A stretch of DNA of 64,000 nucleotides, from positions 13,642,001 to 13,706,000 of the forward strand of contig NC_086109.1 of assembly GCF_963921235.1 (NCBI RefSeq), read 5' to 3'. The stretch's first letter is position 1; every line of letters begins with the position of its first letter. Below are positions 12,196 through 24,410 of the stretch, piece by piece. A program made the translations under genes and the position numbers. The notes under the pieces are model-generated. The model did no database searches. It was given only the letters and a program-made list of their open reading frames with translations, and was not told the DNA's origin. Source of the DNA: Mobula hypostoma (Eukaryota).

Positions 12196-13466
12196 AAGGA
12201 AGAGTGAGTAAGAGATTTGAAAGTGGGAGGGGGAGGGGGAGATCCAAAATGATAGGAGAAGACAGGAGGGGGAGGGATGGAGCCAAGAGCTGGACAGGTG
12301 ATTGGCAAAGGGGATATGAGAGGATCGTGGGACAGGAGGCCCAGGGAGAAAGACACGGGGAGTGGAAACCAAGAGGATGGGCAAGGGGTATATTCAGAGG
12401 GACAGAGGGAGAAAAAGGAGATTGAGAGAAAGAATGTGTGTACAAAAATAAATAACGGATGGGGTACGAGGGGAAGGTGGGGCATTAGCGGAAGTTAGAG
12501 AAGTCGATGTTCATGCCATCAGGTTGGAGGCTACCCAGACGGAATATAAGGTGTTGTTCCTCCAACCTGAGTGTGGCTTCATCTTTACAGTAGAGGAGGC
12601 CGTGGATAGACATGTCAGAATGGGAACAGGATGTGGAATTAAAATGTGTGGCCACTGGGAGAACCTGCTTTCTCTGGCGGACAAAGCGTAGGTGTTCAGC
12701 AAAGCGGTCTCCCAGTCTGCGTCGGGTCTCGCCAATATATAGAAGGCCACATCGGGGGCACCAGATGCAGTATATCACCCCAGCCGACTCACAGGTGAAT
12801 TGACGCCTCACCTGGAAGGACTGTCTGGGGCCCTGAATGGTGGTAAGGGAGGAAGTGTAAGGGCATGTGTAGCACTTGTTCCGCTTACATGGATAAGTGC
12901 CAGGAGGGAGATCAGTGGGGAGGGATGGGGGGGACAAATGGACAAGGGAGTTGTGTAGGGAGCGATCCCTGCGGAATGCAGAGGCGGGGGGGAGGGAAAG
13001 ATGTGCTTAGTGGTGGGATCCCGTTGGAGATGGTGGAAGTTACGGAGAATAATATGTTGGACCCGGAGGCTGGTGGGGTGGTAGGTGAGGACCAGGGGAA
13101 CCCTATCCCTAGTGGGGTGGCGGGAGGATGGAGTGAGAGCAGATGTGCATGAAATGACTTCTCTAACTTCCACTAATGCCCCACCTCCCCCTCGTACCCC
13201 ATCTGTTATTTATTTTTATACACACATTCTTTCTCTCACTCTCCTTTTTCTCCCTCTGTCCCTCTCACTATACCCCTTGCCCATCCTCTGGGTTTCCACC
13301 CCACCTTGTCTTTCTCCCTGGGCCTCCTGTCCCATGATCCTCTCGTATCCCTTTTGCCAATCACCTGTCCAGCTCTTGGCTCCATCCCTCCTCCTCCTGT
13401 CTTCTCCTATCATTTTGGATCTCCCCCTCCCCCTTCCACTTTCAAATCTCTTACTAACTCTTCCTT

Positions 13467-13508
13467 CAGTTAGTCCTGACGAGGGGTCTCGGCCCGAACC
13501 GTCGACTG
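13467..13508 (+). ncRNA. Minimal type I hammerhead motif (GAAA-to-GAAC variant)
   Basis: agtc-CTGACGA-G-GGGT-CTCG-GCCC-GAAC-C-GTC-gact. Confidence 0.6.
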
Positions 13509-14012
13509 TACCTCTTCCTAGAGATGCTGCCTGGCCTGCTGCGTTCACCAGCGACTTTGATGTGTGTTGCTCGAATTTCCAGCATCTGCAGAATTCCCGT
13601 TGCTCACATTTTTTTAAATTATTTCTGTTTTTGCACTACTATTTTTAATTTAGCTATTTAATATACATATATATACTTACTGTAATTCATCTTCTTTATC
13701 TATATTTATCATGTATTACCTTGCTCTGCTGCCACTAAATTAACAAGTTTCACGACATAAGCTGGTGATATTAAACTTGATTCTCATTTTGGTTCTAATT
13801 TCCCCTCAAAATTGTGTCACCAGCCTTATCACTAAATAATTGAAGAAAGAAACAAACACATAAATAGATAGATAGATAGAGGCAACCTAAAGAAACAGAG
13901 GTTGACTGATTATTTTCTTACAAGAATACATGGTCTGTTAATAGATACAACAATATCCTCATTGTAATGTCAAATCCTCAGATAAACGCACTATTGTAAC
14001 TTGCATCTACAG

Positions 14013-14093
14013 CAGAGATTCCCAACCTGGACTGCACGGATTCCTTGCTTAATAATATTGATTTATGGTGTAAAAAAATGTTGGGAACCTCTG
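14013..14093. mobile_element. 81-bp hAT/Charlie-type MITE
   Basis: TIRs CAGAGATTCCCAAC / GTTGGGAACCTCTG. Perfect 8-bp TSD ATCTACAG at 14005-14012 and 14094-14101. Confidence 0.85.
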
Positions 14094-14554
14094 ATCTACA
14101 GGATGACGGCCTCAAAAGCACGGCAATTATCACCAACGATCCCCACCGTTCAGGCTATGCCCCATTCTTGCTGGTATCATCAGTCAGGAGCAACAAAAGT
14201 CTGAAATCCCACACCTCCACGCTCTGGAATAGCTATTTTCCTACAACCATAATGTTTTCAAATCAACCTCACAACCATAAACCTACCTTCGCAATGGAAG
14301 ACTACAGACCACCTCTTGCGCTGTCGTGGGCTTATCTCTGATTTTTGCTTTTGCTCTAATGTCCTTGTTTTTCACATGCTTTCTTTTCTTCAATGTCTTG
14401 TACATTTTATGCATAATTTATATCCTGCGTCTGAACTTGCATGCTGCGAGCAAGTTTTTCATCGTACACTTGCACCAGTGTGCTGTCCATTTGGACTTGA
14501 GCTCAGCCTTCAACAAGGTCTCATATAGCAGGCTGGTCCCATGGAATTCAGGGA

Positions 14555-15395
14555 GATTCAAAGATTCAAAGTACATTTATTAACAAAGTAGGTGTACAGA
14601 ATACATCTCTGAGATACGGCCTCCCACGGGCAGCCATGAAACAAAGAAAGAAACACCATGGAATCCCTTCAAGAAAACAACCTGCGAGAAAAGTAACAAA
14701 TGGCACACATGGCAAAAAGCAAGCAAACAACACATAGAATATCAAACATCAAACCAAGAGTCCAGTATTGTTAGTATAGTTCAGTTCAGTGCCGTGTCAT
14801 TAGCCCTCTGCAGGCCTCAGAGTCGTTCTTCACCAAAGCGCCCAGCCCCATTCAAATCCCTCCAAACAGCAAAAAAAAAGTAACCAGAGTCCAGAAACAC
14901 ATGCAACATGAACCTCAAAGTCCCCCAAAGTGAGTCCACAGCCTTTTAGATCAATCTTTACAACGTGTACCCCAAGACTCCTGCACTATCCTCTGACAGC
15001 AGCTAGCAAGAGGAAGAGGGAGACTGGTGAAATGCAGGCAAACAGTACTGAATGTCCACTTGTCCCCCACTCCCATCCTCCTCGGCTTCAACTGTGCTTG
15101 GCACCTAAATCAGAGAGAAGCAACAGAGTCGAGCGTGGGCTTGTGCCCCATCTTCAGCCATAGAGGCTTCCAGGTCGAACACTCTGCTCCAAACCTCACC
15201 GAACACCCTCGAACGCAGCAAAGCGCCAGATCGCTCATTTGGCCCAAAAGCACACCATCAGAATGTAAATCACAGTTTCCAATCACACACAGCTTAGTAG
15301 TAAAATCATAATTGAAAGAAGCAGTAAAAGAAGTCGTTTCGTAAACTGTCTGCAAGACGTCACTGTCGGTTGTGTTTTTGCCGGCGCCACCTTGA
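14555..15395 (-). mobile_element. Probable non-autonomous Rex-Babar-derived element
   Basis: The minus strand begins CAAGGTGGCGCCG (AAGATGGCG-like LINE 5' end) and ends in AATAAA-like plus (gaatcttt)n tail. No RT coding. Confidence 0.4.
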
Positions 15396-15404
15396 AGAGT
15401 AGAG

Positions 15405-16196
15405 AGAGAACAAGGCAGGTCGATTCATTGGCTCTTCACTCAACCCTGGAACATCTGGACAGCAAAGATGCATACAACAGGATGCTTTTTATAGACTACA
15501 GATCAGCATTCAATACCATCATCTCCTCAAAACCAATCTATCAGCTTCAAGACCTTGGTCTCAATATCTCATCGTGCAATTGGATCCTCGATTTCTTCAC
15601 TTGTCCTGGTCAGTTGGATAAGCAACAACATCTCCTCCACAATCTCCATCAGCACAGATACTCCACAAAGCTGTGTGCTTAGCCCCCTGCTCTACTCACT
15701 TTACCCTTATGACCGTGCGGCCAGCACAGTTCCAATGCCATATTTAAGTTTGCTGGCAACACCACTGTTGTTGGCCAAATCAAAGGTGGTGATAAATCAG
15801 CACATAGGAGGAAGACTGAAAATCTGGCTGAGTGGTGCCACAGCAATAACCTCTCATTCAATGTCAGTAAGACAAAGAGTTAATTATTTTCTTCAGGAGG
15901 AGGAAATCGGAGGTCCATGATCCAGTCCTCATCAGGAGATCAAAGGTGGAGAGGGTCAGCAACTTTAAATTCCTCGGTGTTATCACTTCACAGGACTTGG
16001 CTAGGGCCCAGCACTTAAGTGCAATTATGAAGAAAGCATGGCAGCATTTCTACTTCCTTAGAAGTTTGCAAAGATTTGGCACAACATCCAGTATTCTGAC
16101 AGACTTCTACAGATGTGTGGTGGGGAGTATATTGATTGGTTGCATCCCAGCTAAATATGGAAACTTTGAATGGAAAATCCCACAAGAAGTGGATAT
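15405..16196 (+). mobile_element. Rex-Babar-type LINE, 5' part; continues at ~23350-23850 after the Gypsy insertion
   Basis: [27 protein letters not shown] and FKFLGV..FYFLRSL motifs. Sequence resumes after the Gypsy 3' LTR. Confidence 0.8.
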
Positions 16197-18853
16197 TGTA
16201 ATGTGTGGATATATATTTTTTAGAGCGATAACCTCCCCTCCCCCCACATTACGTATTGATCTGTTATATGCACGTGTGCTGTTCTCTACACATGCACATT
16301 GTTCTCTCTCTCTCTCTCTCTCACTGCAATGTGAATATACCAGTTAAAGCCATCTCCCGCACGCGTGCTTTTATTTAATCGAAGTATAGTTGTGCACAGA
16401 CACAACAAATTGGCAACGAGAACGAATCTGAAAGTCAGAAATGATCACGAACTGCACCGAGAGTTACGGCATAGTTACAGGGTGAAACAGCAAGAGTTAA
16501 GCAGTACAGAGAATGTTGTCATTGACGCTAGCATCAGAACATGTGAGTAACAATGAAAGATGCACTGAACCTAAAGTGAAGGTAACATATCGATGGCCTC
16601 AATCGGGAACGTTGACAAATTTGATAACGCTAATGAAGGCTGGGAGTCGTATATCGAGAGGGTTGAACTTGTTTGTAACACAAACACCATGGAGAAGCAA
16701 AACAAAGACCCTACATTTTTTAGCTTGATGGGCCCAAGAATGTAGTCTCTCACACGACCTAGTAACCCCTGAAAAACCAGCAAGCAAGACTTTCGAAGAA
16801 ATTGTTACAATTTTACAAAATCACTTGAGCCCTAAACTGCTGGCAATTGCTAAGAAATTTCAGTTTTACAAAAGGAACCAGTCAAAATATGAAAGCATTT
16901 CTGAATACATTGCAGAACTGCGCTAACCTTCCCAGTACTGTGATTTCGGAGATGGACTTTCTGAAGCATTAAGGGGCAGGCTTGTATGTGGCATGCATAT
17001 TCAAAGCGATCAGAAGAGGCAACTGTCTGAAAGAGATCTCAACTGAGAACGGGCAATATCGTTAGAGACAGCAGCAAAGAATGTTGCAGAACTACAGAAA
17101 AGGAAGTTAGATTGTGAAATGCACAGAATGTCCCTGAATGGTGCAAAAATTCAGCCAAAGATGTCATCAATGTGGCAAGTCCTCCTGCGATGCAAATGAC
17201 TGCTAGTTCAAAGAAAAAGTCTATATAAAGTGTCATAGACAAGGTCACATGGAGAGAACGTGAAAGACAGACAAAAAGCACAATCGAATGAAAGGTCTCA
17301 AACACAAAACTAAGCAAATGCATAAAATTACCAAACATAAAACAGAATCAGGCAATTTAGATTCTGACAAAGGTGAACGGTCATGCCTAGAACTGCACAG
17401 TATAACTAAAGCAGATCACAAAATCAGGTCGATCACAATAGATGTGTCCGGTGTAAAACTGAAAATGGAGCTGGATACAGGATCAGCTTCGTTCATAATT
17501 CCAGAGGCTGACTACCACGGACTGTTTTCTAAGATGCCATTAGAAAAGACCTCTGTGATGCTAAAGACCTACACAGGCAAAAAAGTGTCTCCCAAAGGCA
17601 AACTGAAGGTGAATGTGACGTATGGAGGCCAAACACAGCAGTTAGAACCTTATGCCTTGAAAAGTGGAGGGCCAGTACTTTTCGTATGTGAATGGTTGAG
17701 AAAAATCCAACTAGACTGGCACTCAATCAAGCCGTCAGTGTGCCATCAACAGGCAATGCAACCCAAATAGCAGTGCTATCCAGAGACTGGCACAGCTGCT
17801 TAATGCCAATGAGAAGGTGTTTGAGAAGGGGATTAGTAAACTCAAAATATGAAGGCCAGAATTGAACTGAATGAAGCAGCAACACCAAGATTCCACAAAG
17901 CATGCCCCGTGCCTTACACTCTACGCCCTAACGCGGATGCTGAACTGCAGAGTTTGGAGACGTCTGCAATTCTCTGCAAGGTTGAGTGGAGCAATTGGGC
18001 CACACCCATTGTCCCAGCGATCAAGAAAGAGAAGGCCAGAGTCATTCGCGTATGTGGGGATTTCAAAGCAAGCATCAACCTGGTGCTGCTTACTGTGCAG
18101 TATCCCCTGCTGCCACGAGCGGAAGACATTCTGGCATCTTTGGCAGACGGGGAGGGGTTTTCAAAGATTGATTTGCCACAAGCCTATCTTCAAATGGAGA
18201 TTGAGGAGTCAAGCAGGAAGTTCCTCACAATCAATACTCGCAAGGGACTGTTCCACTATAATCGTCCCATCTTTGTCGTCGCATCAGCTCCAGCAATTTG
18301 GAAAACAATGGACCAGATGCTCCAAGATATCCCAGGAACACAATGTTACCTTGATGACATCATCGTGACTGGCAAAAATGATGAAGAGCACCTCCAGAGC
18401 CTTGCTAAAGTGCTTACCAGGCTGAGTGGGTATTGTGTGTGTGCAAAGAGAGACACACGTGAGTTTCTCAAGAACAAAATCTCATATTGTGTACATATCA
18501 CTGACAAGCATGGCTTACATAAGACACAAGAGAACGATTGAAGGAGTGTGACAGGCACCCAAACCGGAAGATATGTCACAACTCAGGTCATACTTGGACC
18601 TTGTAAACTACTACCACCGGTTTCTCCCAAATGTTGCTACAGTGCTGCACCCATTGAACATGCTGTTACAGACAGGAGCAAAGTGGGAATGGTTAGAAAG
18701 ATGTGAAAATGCATTCAAGGAAACAAGGAGACTAATAACACCTGATGAACTGCTCACCCATTAGGACCCATCCCCGCCCATCACACTGGCATGCATTCCA
18801 TCCCCTTATGGCAATGCAGCCTTTTTGTCACACACTTTGAAAGATAGATCTGG

Positions 18854-19983
18854 TGTCATGGTCCGGTCCGTGAAGTCCACATTCCGGTTCACGGAGCAAT
18901 CCATGGACTCAGGACTCCGGGTCGTCCAGCTGTCCCTTGTTTTGTTTGAGCTAATCATAGGCATCTGATTCCCATCTTGAGGCTTGGAATATAAGTAGCC
19001 TTGGGGCTGAGTGTGGGCTGTGGGTTTGTCTTGTCAAGATCCCCTGGGAGCAACCTGCTGGTGGAAGGCTAGTGTGGTCACTTGCCATTTTTAGGCTGTG
19101 TTGGAGAACCATTGCTTCATGGAGCCTTACTGTCAGTAGTCAGAGCTATGGATTTGGCTGTTTCCTGGGCCAGCTGAGTGGCTGTCAGCCACTCTGAGCT
19201 AGGTAGGGATCTGGCTGTTTCTGTAGCCATCTGGGGTTGCTGGCTGTAACTGACTTGGATCAACCCTGAAGCAGAGATGGAACTGTCTGTTGTTCTTTGG
19301 TGTTTGTCTCTTCTTGTCCTTGACCCTGTGGGGTAAGTCAGGCTGTTCTGCTGTTGCCCTGTGGGGGGTCCTGTCTTGTCTTGTCTTTGCCTCTGTTGGG
19401 TAAGTCTGGCTGTTCTGCTGTTACCTGATGGATGGATTTGTCCCACCTTGGTGTGGAGAAAAAGTGGAGTCCCAGCTTGTCTAAGGATAAGTCCTGGCTC
19501 CATGTCTATGTACTGTCCTGTCTCATACTGGTGTGTTAAAGATGATACCTGGCTTTTCAAAGGATAAGTCCCAGCTCTATGTTGATGTACACTTCCCAGT
19601 CTGTCTCTGAGCTCCAGCCTCCGAGTTATCAGCCTCTGCAGCCTCAAGAGCCAGGTCTCCAAGCTCAAGAGCCAAAGCCCCAGCCACGTCCTGTCCGGTA
19701 GCCATGTCATGTCCTTGCCTAGTTCTGGGGTCTGAGCCTGAGGCAAGACCCAGGTCCTGGGTCCTTGTCCTGTCTCTGGCTCGGAGTCCAAGCCCTGGCT
19801 CCTAGTTCATAGTTCCTTGTCTGGGTTCCCTGTTTCTTGTCCATGTTCTAGCCCAAGCCTGCGGTCTTGTCCCTGCTCCTTGTCTGTATCCTGTCACATC
19901 CCTACTCTAGTCAAGTCCTGTTCCTTGTACTTCAGTGTCTGTGTCTTGCAATTGGGTCTGCTACCAGTGCCCCCTTTGTGACA
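18854..19983. mobile_element. Solo LTR (1.13 kb) nested in the Gypsy RNase H region
   Basis: TGTCA...TGACA termini and 5-bp TSD TCTGG (18849-53 and 19984-88). The host reading resumes after it. Confidence 0.85.
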
Positions 19984-20555
19984 TCTGGACACCCAAGTGT
20001 GTTTACATCCAGGTCACTGACAAGTGCAGAACACCGCTATGCACAGATTGACAGGGAAAAGTTTACGCTCATGACAGATTACCAACACCTTGTGTCCATT
20101 TCCAATGCCAGGAAGGGAATTCCAGTGATGACTGCTACCCAATTACAACGTTGGGCACTATTCCTAGGAGCCCACTCTGATGACATAGAGTTCAAGGGCA
20201 CCAAAAAACACAGCAACTCTGATTACTTGTCACATCTTCCACTATTGGCAACTGAAGAAGAAAAGTCTTCATATTGTGACCCAGCAGAAGTGTTCCACAC
20301 TGCAATGGCAGACAAGTTGCCGGTAACAAATTCTGAAATACAAAGGGAAACAAGGAATGACCCAACATTGTCAAAAGTCTATGACGTCACCATGCAAAGA
20401 TGGCAAGTTCATAGTAACCCTGTGTTTCCAGAGTTCTCAGCAAAATGAGACCAACTGTCAGTATGTCAAAGAATGCTGATGTGTTAATCTCATGCAACAC
20501 ACATCAAAGTTGCTGGTGAACGCAGCAGGCCAAGCAGCATCTATAGGAAGAGGCG

Positions 20556-20597
20556 CAGTCGACGTTTCAGGCCGAGACCCTTCGTCAGGACTAACTG
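20556..20597 (-). ncRNA. Minimal type I hammerhead ribozyme motif, intact core
   Basis: Minus strand reads agtc-CTGACGA-A-GGGT-CTCG-GCCT-GAAA-C-GTC-gact. Confidence 0.8.
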
Positions 20598-22134
20598 AAG
20601 GAAGAGTGAGTAAGGGATTTGAAAGCTGGAGGGGGAGGGGGAGATGCAAAATGATAGGAGAAGACAGGAGGGGGAGGGATAGAGTCGAGAGCTGGACAGG
20701 TGATAGGCAAAAGGGGATACGAGAGGATCATGGGACAGGAGGTCCGGGAAGAAAGACGGGGGGGGGGTGTGACCCAGAGGATGGGCAAGAGGTATATTCA
20801 GAGGGACAGAGGGAGAAAAAGGAGAGTGAGAGAAAGAATGTGTGCATAAAAATGAGTAACAGATGGGGTACGAGGGGGAGGTGGGGCCTAGCGGAAGTTA
20901 GAGAAGTCAATGTTCATGCCATCAGGTTGGAGGCTACCCAGACGGAATATAAGGTGTTGTTCCTCCAACCTGAGTGTGGCTTCATCTTTACAGTAGAGGA
21001 GGCCGTGGATAGACATGTCAGAATGGGAATGGGATGTGGAATTAAAATGTGTGGCCACTGGGAGATCCTGCTTTCTCTGGCGGACAGAGCGTAGATGTTC
21101 AGCAAAGCGGTCTCCCAGTCTGCGTCGGGTCTCACCAATATATAAAAGGCCACATCGGGAGCATCTCCCCCATTTCACGTACATCTGCTCTCACTCCATC
21201 CTCCCACCACCCCACTAGGAATAGGGTTCCCCTGGTCCTCACCTACCACTCCACTAGCCTCCGGGTCCAACATATTATTCTCCGTAACTTCCGCCACCTC
21301 CAACGGGATCCCACCACTAAGCACATCTTTCCCTCCCCCCCTCTCTCTGCATTCCGCAGGGATCGTTCCCTACACAACTCCCTTGTCCATTCGTCCCCCC
21401 CATCCCTCCCCACTGATCTCCCTCCTGGCACTTATCCGTGTAAGCGGAACAAGTGCTACACATGCCCTTACACTTCCTCCCTTACCACCATTCAGGGCCC
21501 CAAACAGTCCTTCCAGGTGAGGCATCACTTCACCTGTGAGTCGACTGGGGTGATATACTGCATCCGGTGCTCCCGATGTGGCCTTTTATATATTGGTGAG
21601 ACCCGACGCAGACTGGGAGACTGCTTTGCTGAACATCTACGCTCTGTCCGCCAGAGAAAGCAGGTTCTCCCAGTGGCCACACATTTTAATTCCACATCCC
21701 ATTCCCATTCTGACATGTCTATCCACGGCCTCCTCTACTGTAAAGATGAAGCCACACTCAGGTTGGAGGAACAACACCTTATATTCCGTCTGGGTAGCCT
21801 CCAACCTGATGGCATGAACATTGACTTCTCTAACTTCCGCTAGGCCCCACCTCCCCCTCGTACCCCATCTGTTACTCATTTTTATGCACACATTCTTTCT
21901 CTCACTCTCCTTTTTCTCCCTCTGTCCCTCTGAATATACCTCTTGCCCATCCTCTGGGTCACCCCCCCTCCCCCGTCTTTCTTCCCGGACCTCCTGTCCC
22001 ACGATCCTCTCGTATCCCCTTTTGCCTATCACCTGTCCAGCTCTCGACTCTATCCCTCCCCCTCCTGTCTTCTCCTATCATTTTGCATCTCCCCCTCCCC
22101 CTCCAGCTTTCAAATCCCTTACTCACTCTTCCTT

Positions 22135-22176
22135 CAGTTAGTCCTGACGAAGGGTCTCGGCCTGAAACGTCGACTG
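22135..22176 (+). ncRNA. Minimal type I hammerhead ribozyme motif, intact core
   Basis: Stem I agtc 22140-43 / gact 22172-75, CTGACGA 22144-50, stem II GGGT/GCCT, GAAA 22164-67, GUC triplet 22169-71. Confidence 0.8.
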
Positions 22177-23859
22177 CGCCTCTTCCTATAGATGCTGCTT
22201 GGCCTGCTGCGTTCACCAGCAACTTTGATGTGTGTTGCTTGAATTTCCAGCATCTGCAGAATTCCTGTTGTTTGTGTTAATCTCATGTTGTGTTTCCCTC
22301 TGAACTGCGCACCAAAATGTTAGAAAATCTGCATGAAGGACACCTGGGCACAGTCAAGGCGAAGAGTCTCACCCAGAGCTATGTGTGGTGGCTGGGAATA
22401 GATAAACAGATTGAAGACTTGGCCAAGAGCTGTTCGGGATGCCAAGATGTTCAAAATGCACCCCCACAGCCACCATTACTTTTGTGGGAGTGGCTGTCTT
22501 CACCATGGCAAAGAGTACATACTGACTTTGCTGGGCCATTCATGGACTCCATGTTCCTGATTGCTGTGGATGCTCATTTGAAGTAGCTGGGAGTTATACC
22601 AATGAAGTCCACCACCTCAGCAAAGACTGTCTCTGCTCTGGGGAACATCTTCGCCAGAAAGGGCTTACCCGAACAAATTGTGAGTGACAACAGACCACAA
22701 TACACATCAGAAGAATTCCGAAGAAAAATGGCATCAGACATTTCAAGTCAGCTCCTCACCACCCAGCAATGAATGAATTAGCTGAAAGGTATATCCAAAC
22801 CTTCAGTAAGTCTATTAAAGCGATGCACAAGGAGGACATTTCTCTACAGCACAAGTAGGACAGCTTCCTTTTGGTGTATCGGAATTCTGTTCATGCTGTT
22901 CAGTCACCGGACTTACCTCTCATTGATGATCATGTCACTGATGGCAACGTGACGCAGGAAAACGAGAACACCGTCTTAGACAAGGCACCTACCAAACCCG
23001 ATGTCACTCCACAGGTCCAGAGGCGCGATGAGAACATTGTTGCTGACGAGACATCTGCCAAACTTGATGTCACTCCACAGGTCCAGAGGCACTATCCTGA
23101 AAGAAACACAGCACTACCCAAAAGACTGAACCTTTAGAACTGTGAAGTTAGTTATGGACTGTTAGTGTGAAAGCATGTCTCTTTGGAATATGGGTTTATG
23201 AAAGGGAAATGGAATGTTTTGTACATACACAGTTTTATGTTGCATTAATCTAAAAGGGGAAGAAAGGTAATGTATGGATTTATTTTTTTAGAGCAATGAA
23301 CCCCCCCCCCCACCCCCAGCACTATATATTGATCTGTTGTCTGTGCAGAACAGGTATGGTTATGGCCCAGCTCATCATGGGAAAAGGCCTCCTCTTCATT
23401 GAGCACATCTGCGCAGAGCACTGCCGCAGGAAAGCAACGTTATCAAGGATCCCACCACGCAGTCCCCACTCTTTTCTCACTGCTACCATCAAGAAGGCGG
23501 TACAGGAGCCTCAGGACTCACATGATCAGGTTTGGGAACATTTATTACCCCTCAACCATCAGGCTCTTGAACCAGAGGGGATAACTTCACCCACCCCATC
23601 ATTGAACTGTTCCCACAACCTATGAACTCACTTTCAAGAACTCTTCATCTCAGTTCTCAATACTCATTGGTTATTTATTTACTTTTATTATCTTTGCTGT
23701 CTTTTGCACTGTTTGTTTGGGTGAGAGTTTTCACCGATTCTATTATTTTTCATGGATTTACTGAGTATGCCTGCAAGAAATTGAATCTCAGGGTTGTATA
23801 TGGTGACACATATATGTACTTTGATAATAAATTTATTTTGAAATTTGAACATACATAAT

Positions 23860-24410
23860 AAGGTTTGACCTTATAGAAATGTTTAAAATTATAAGAAACG
23901 TACATACATAAAGTTGGACAGTAAAAGTCTTTGCCCCAGGGTAAGGAAGTCCAAAACTCGGTGCCATAGATTTAGGGTGAGGGATGAAGAGGCATCAGGG
24001 GCTACTTTTTTCAAGCAGAGGGTGCTGTGTGTATGGAATGAGGGGAGGTTTGACTGAGTTATACAAAATTATGAGGGTATACGTAGGGTAAATGCAAGCA
24101 GGCTTTGTCCACTGAGGTTGGGTGAGACTAGAATTTGAAGGTCAGAGTTTCAGGGTGCAAGGTGATTTAAAGAGAACCTGAGGGGAAACATTTTCATCCA
24201 GAGGGTGGTGTGAGGAGGAAGAAGGTGCCTGTGGAAATGGTGAATGTGGATTTGATTGCAACACTTAAGAGAAATTTGCGCAAGTGCGTGGATGGGAGCG
24301 GAATGGAGGGCTATGGTTCAGGTTATGGTTCAACTGGACTAGCAGAATAATAGTTTGGCACAGACTAGGTGGCCTGTCTGTGTGCTGTCATGCTCTATGA
24401 TTCCATGACG
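23860..24410 (+). mobile_element. Degraded CR1 3' fragments
   Basis: Two tandem decayed copies of the DLIEVYKI..TRGH..FFTQRVV..WNE region. Confidence 0.6.

Larger units (their letters stand above)
12090..13602. mobile_element. Penelope-like element, tail-out inverted unit (long arm 12090-13155 minus, short arm ~13155-13602 plus)
   Basis: The minus ORF 12485-12937 encodes a GIY-YIG endonuclease with the PLE-type Cys motif (CKRNKCYTC..VIYCIWC..C..LYIGETRRRL..RFAEH..EEQHLIFRLGSLQPDGMN). Both arms end in the same 3' UTR. Degenerate TSD ctcccagtttttt / ctcacattttttt. Confidence 0.9.
20494..22272. mobile_element. Penelope-like element, tail-out inverted unit nested in Gypsy pol
   Basis: Plus arm ~21162-22272 encodes the GIY-YIG C-terminus (ORF ending 21843). 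Minus arm 20494-21163 is ~99% the reverse complement of 21568-22238. 15-bp TSD TGTGTTAATCTCATG (20480-94 and 22273-87). Confidence 0.93.
16197..23345 (+). mobile_element. Decayed Ty3/Gypsy LTR retrotransposon (gag-PR-RT-RH-IN)
   Basis: 5' LTR 16197-16407 (TGTAA..CAACA). PBS TGGCAACGAG 16411. Protease MELDTGS (17288 ORF). RT RVCGDFK..KIDL..YLDD (17849 ORF). Integrase LHEGHLG..C..C..RVHTDFAGP (22290 ORF). PPT AAAGGGGAAGAAA ~23253. Truncated 3' LTR from ~23266. Many stops and frameshifts. Confidence 0.92.

Noticed and set aside
19117..19791. 224-aa minus-strand ORF
   Set aside because: Lies within the repetitive interior of a solo LTR and has no recognisable motif.
21049..21843. 264-aa ORF as a host GIY-YIG gene
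   Set aside because: Its N-terminus comes from the antisense arm of the palindrome. It is a truncated PLE ORF.
22964..23095. 66-bp imperfect tandem duplication
   Set aside because: Only two units, inside the Gypsy integrase tail. Not an array or CRISPR.
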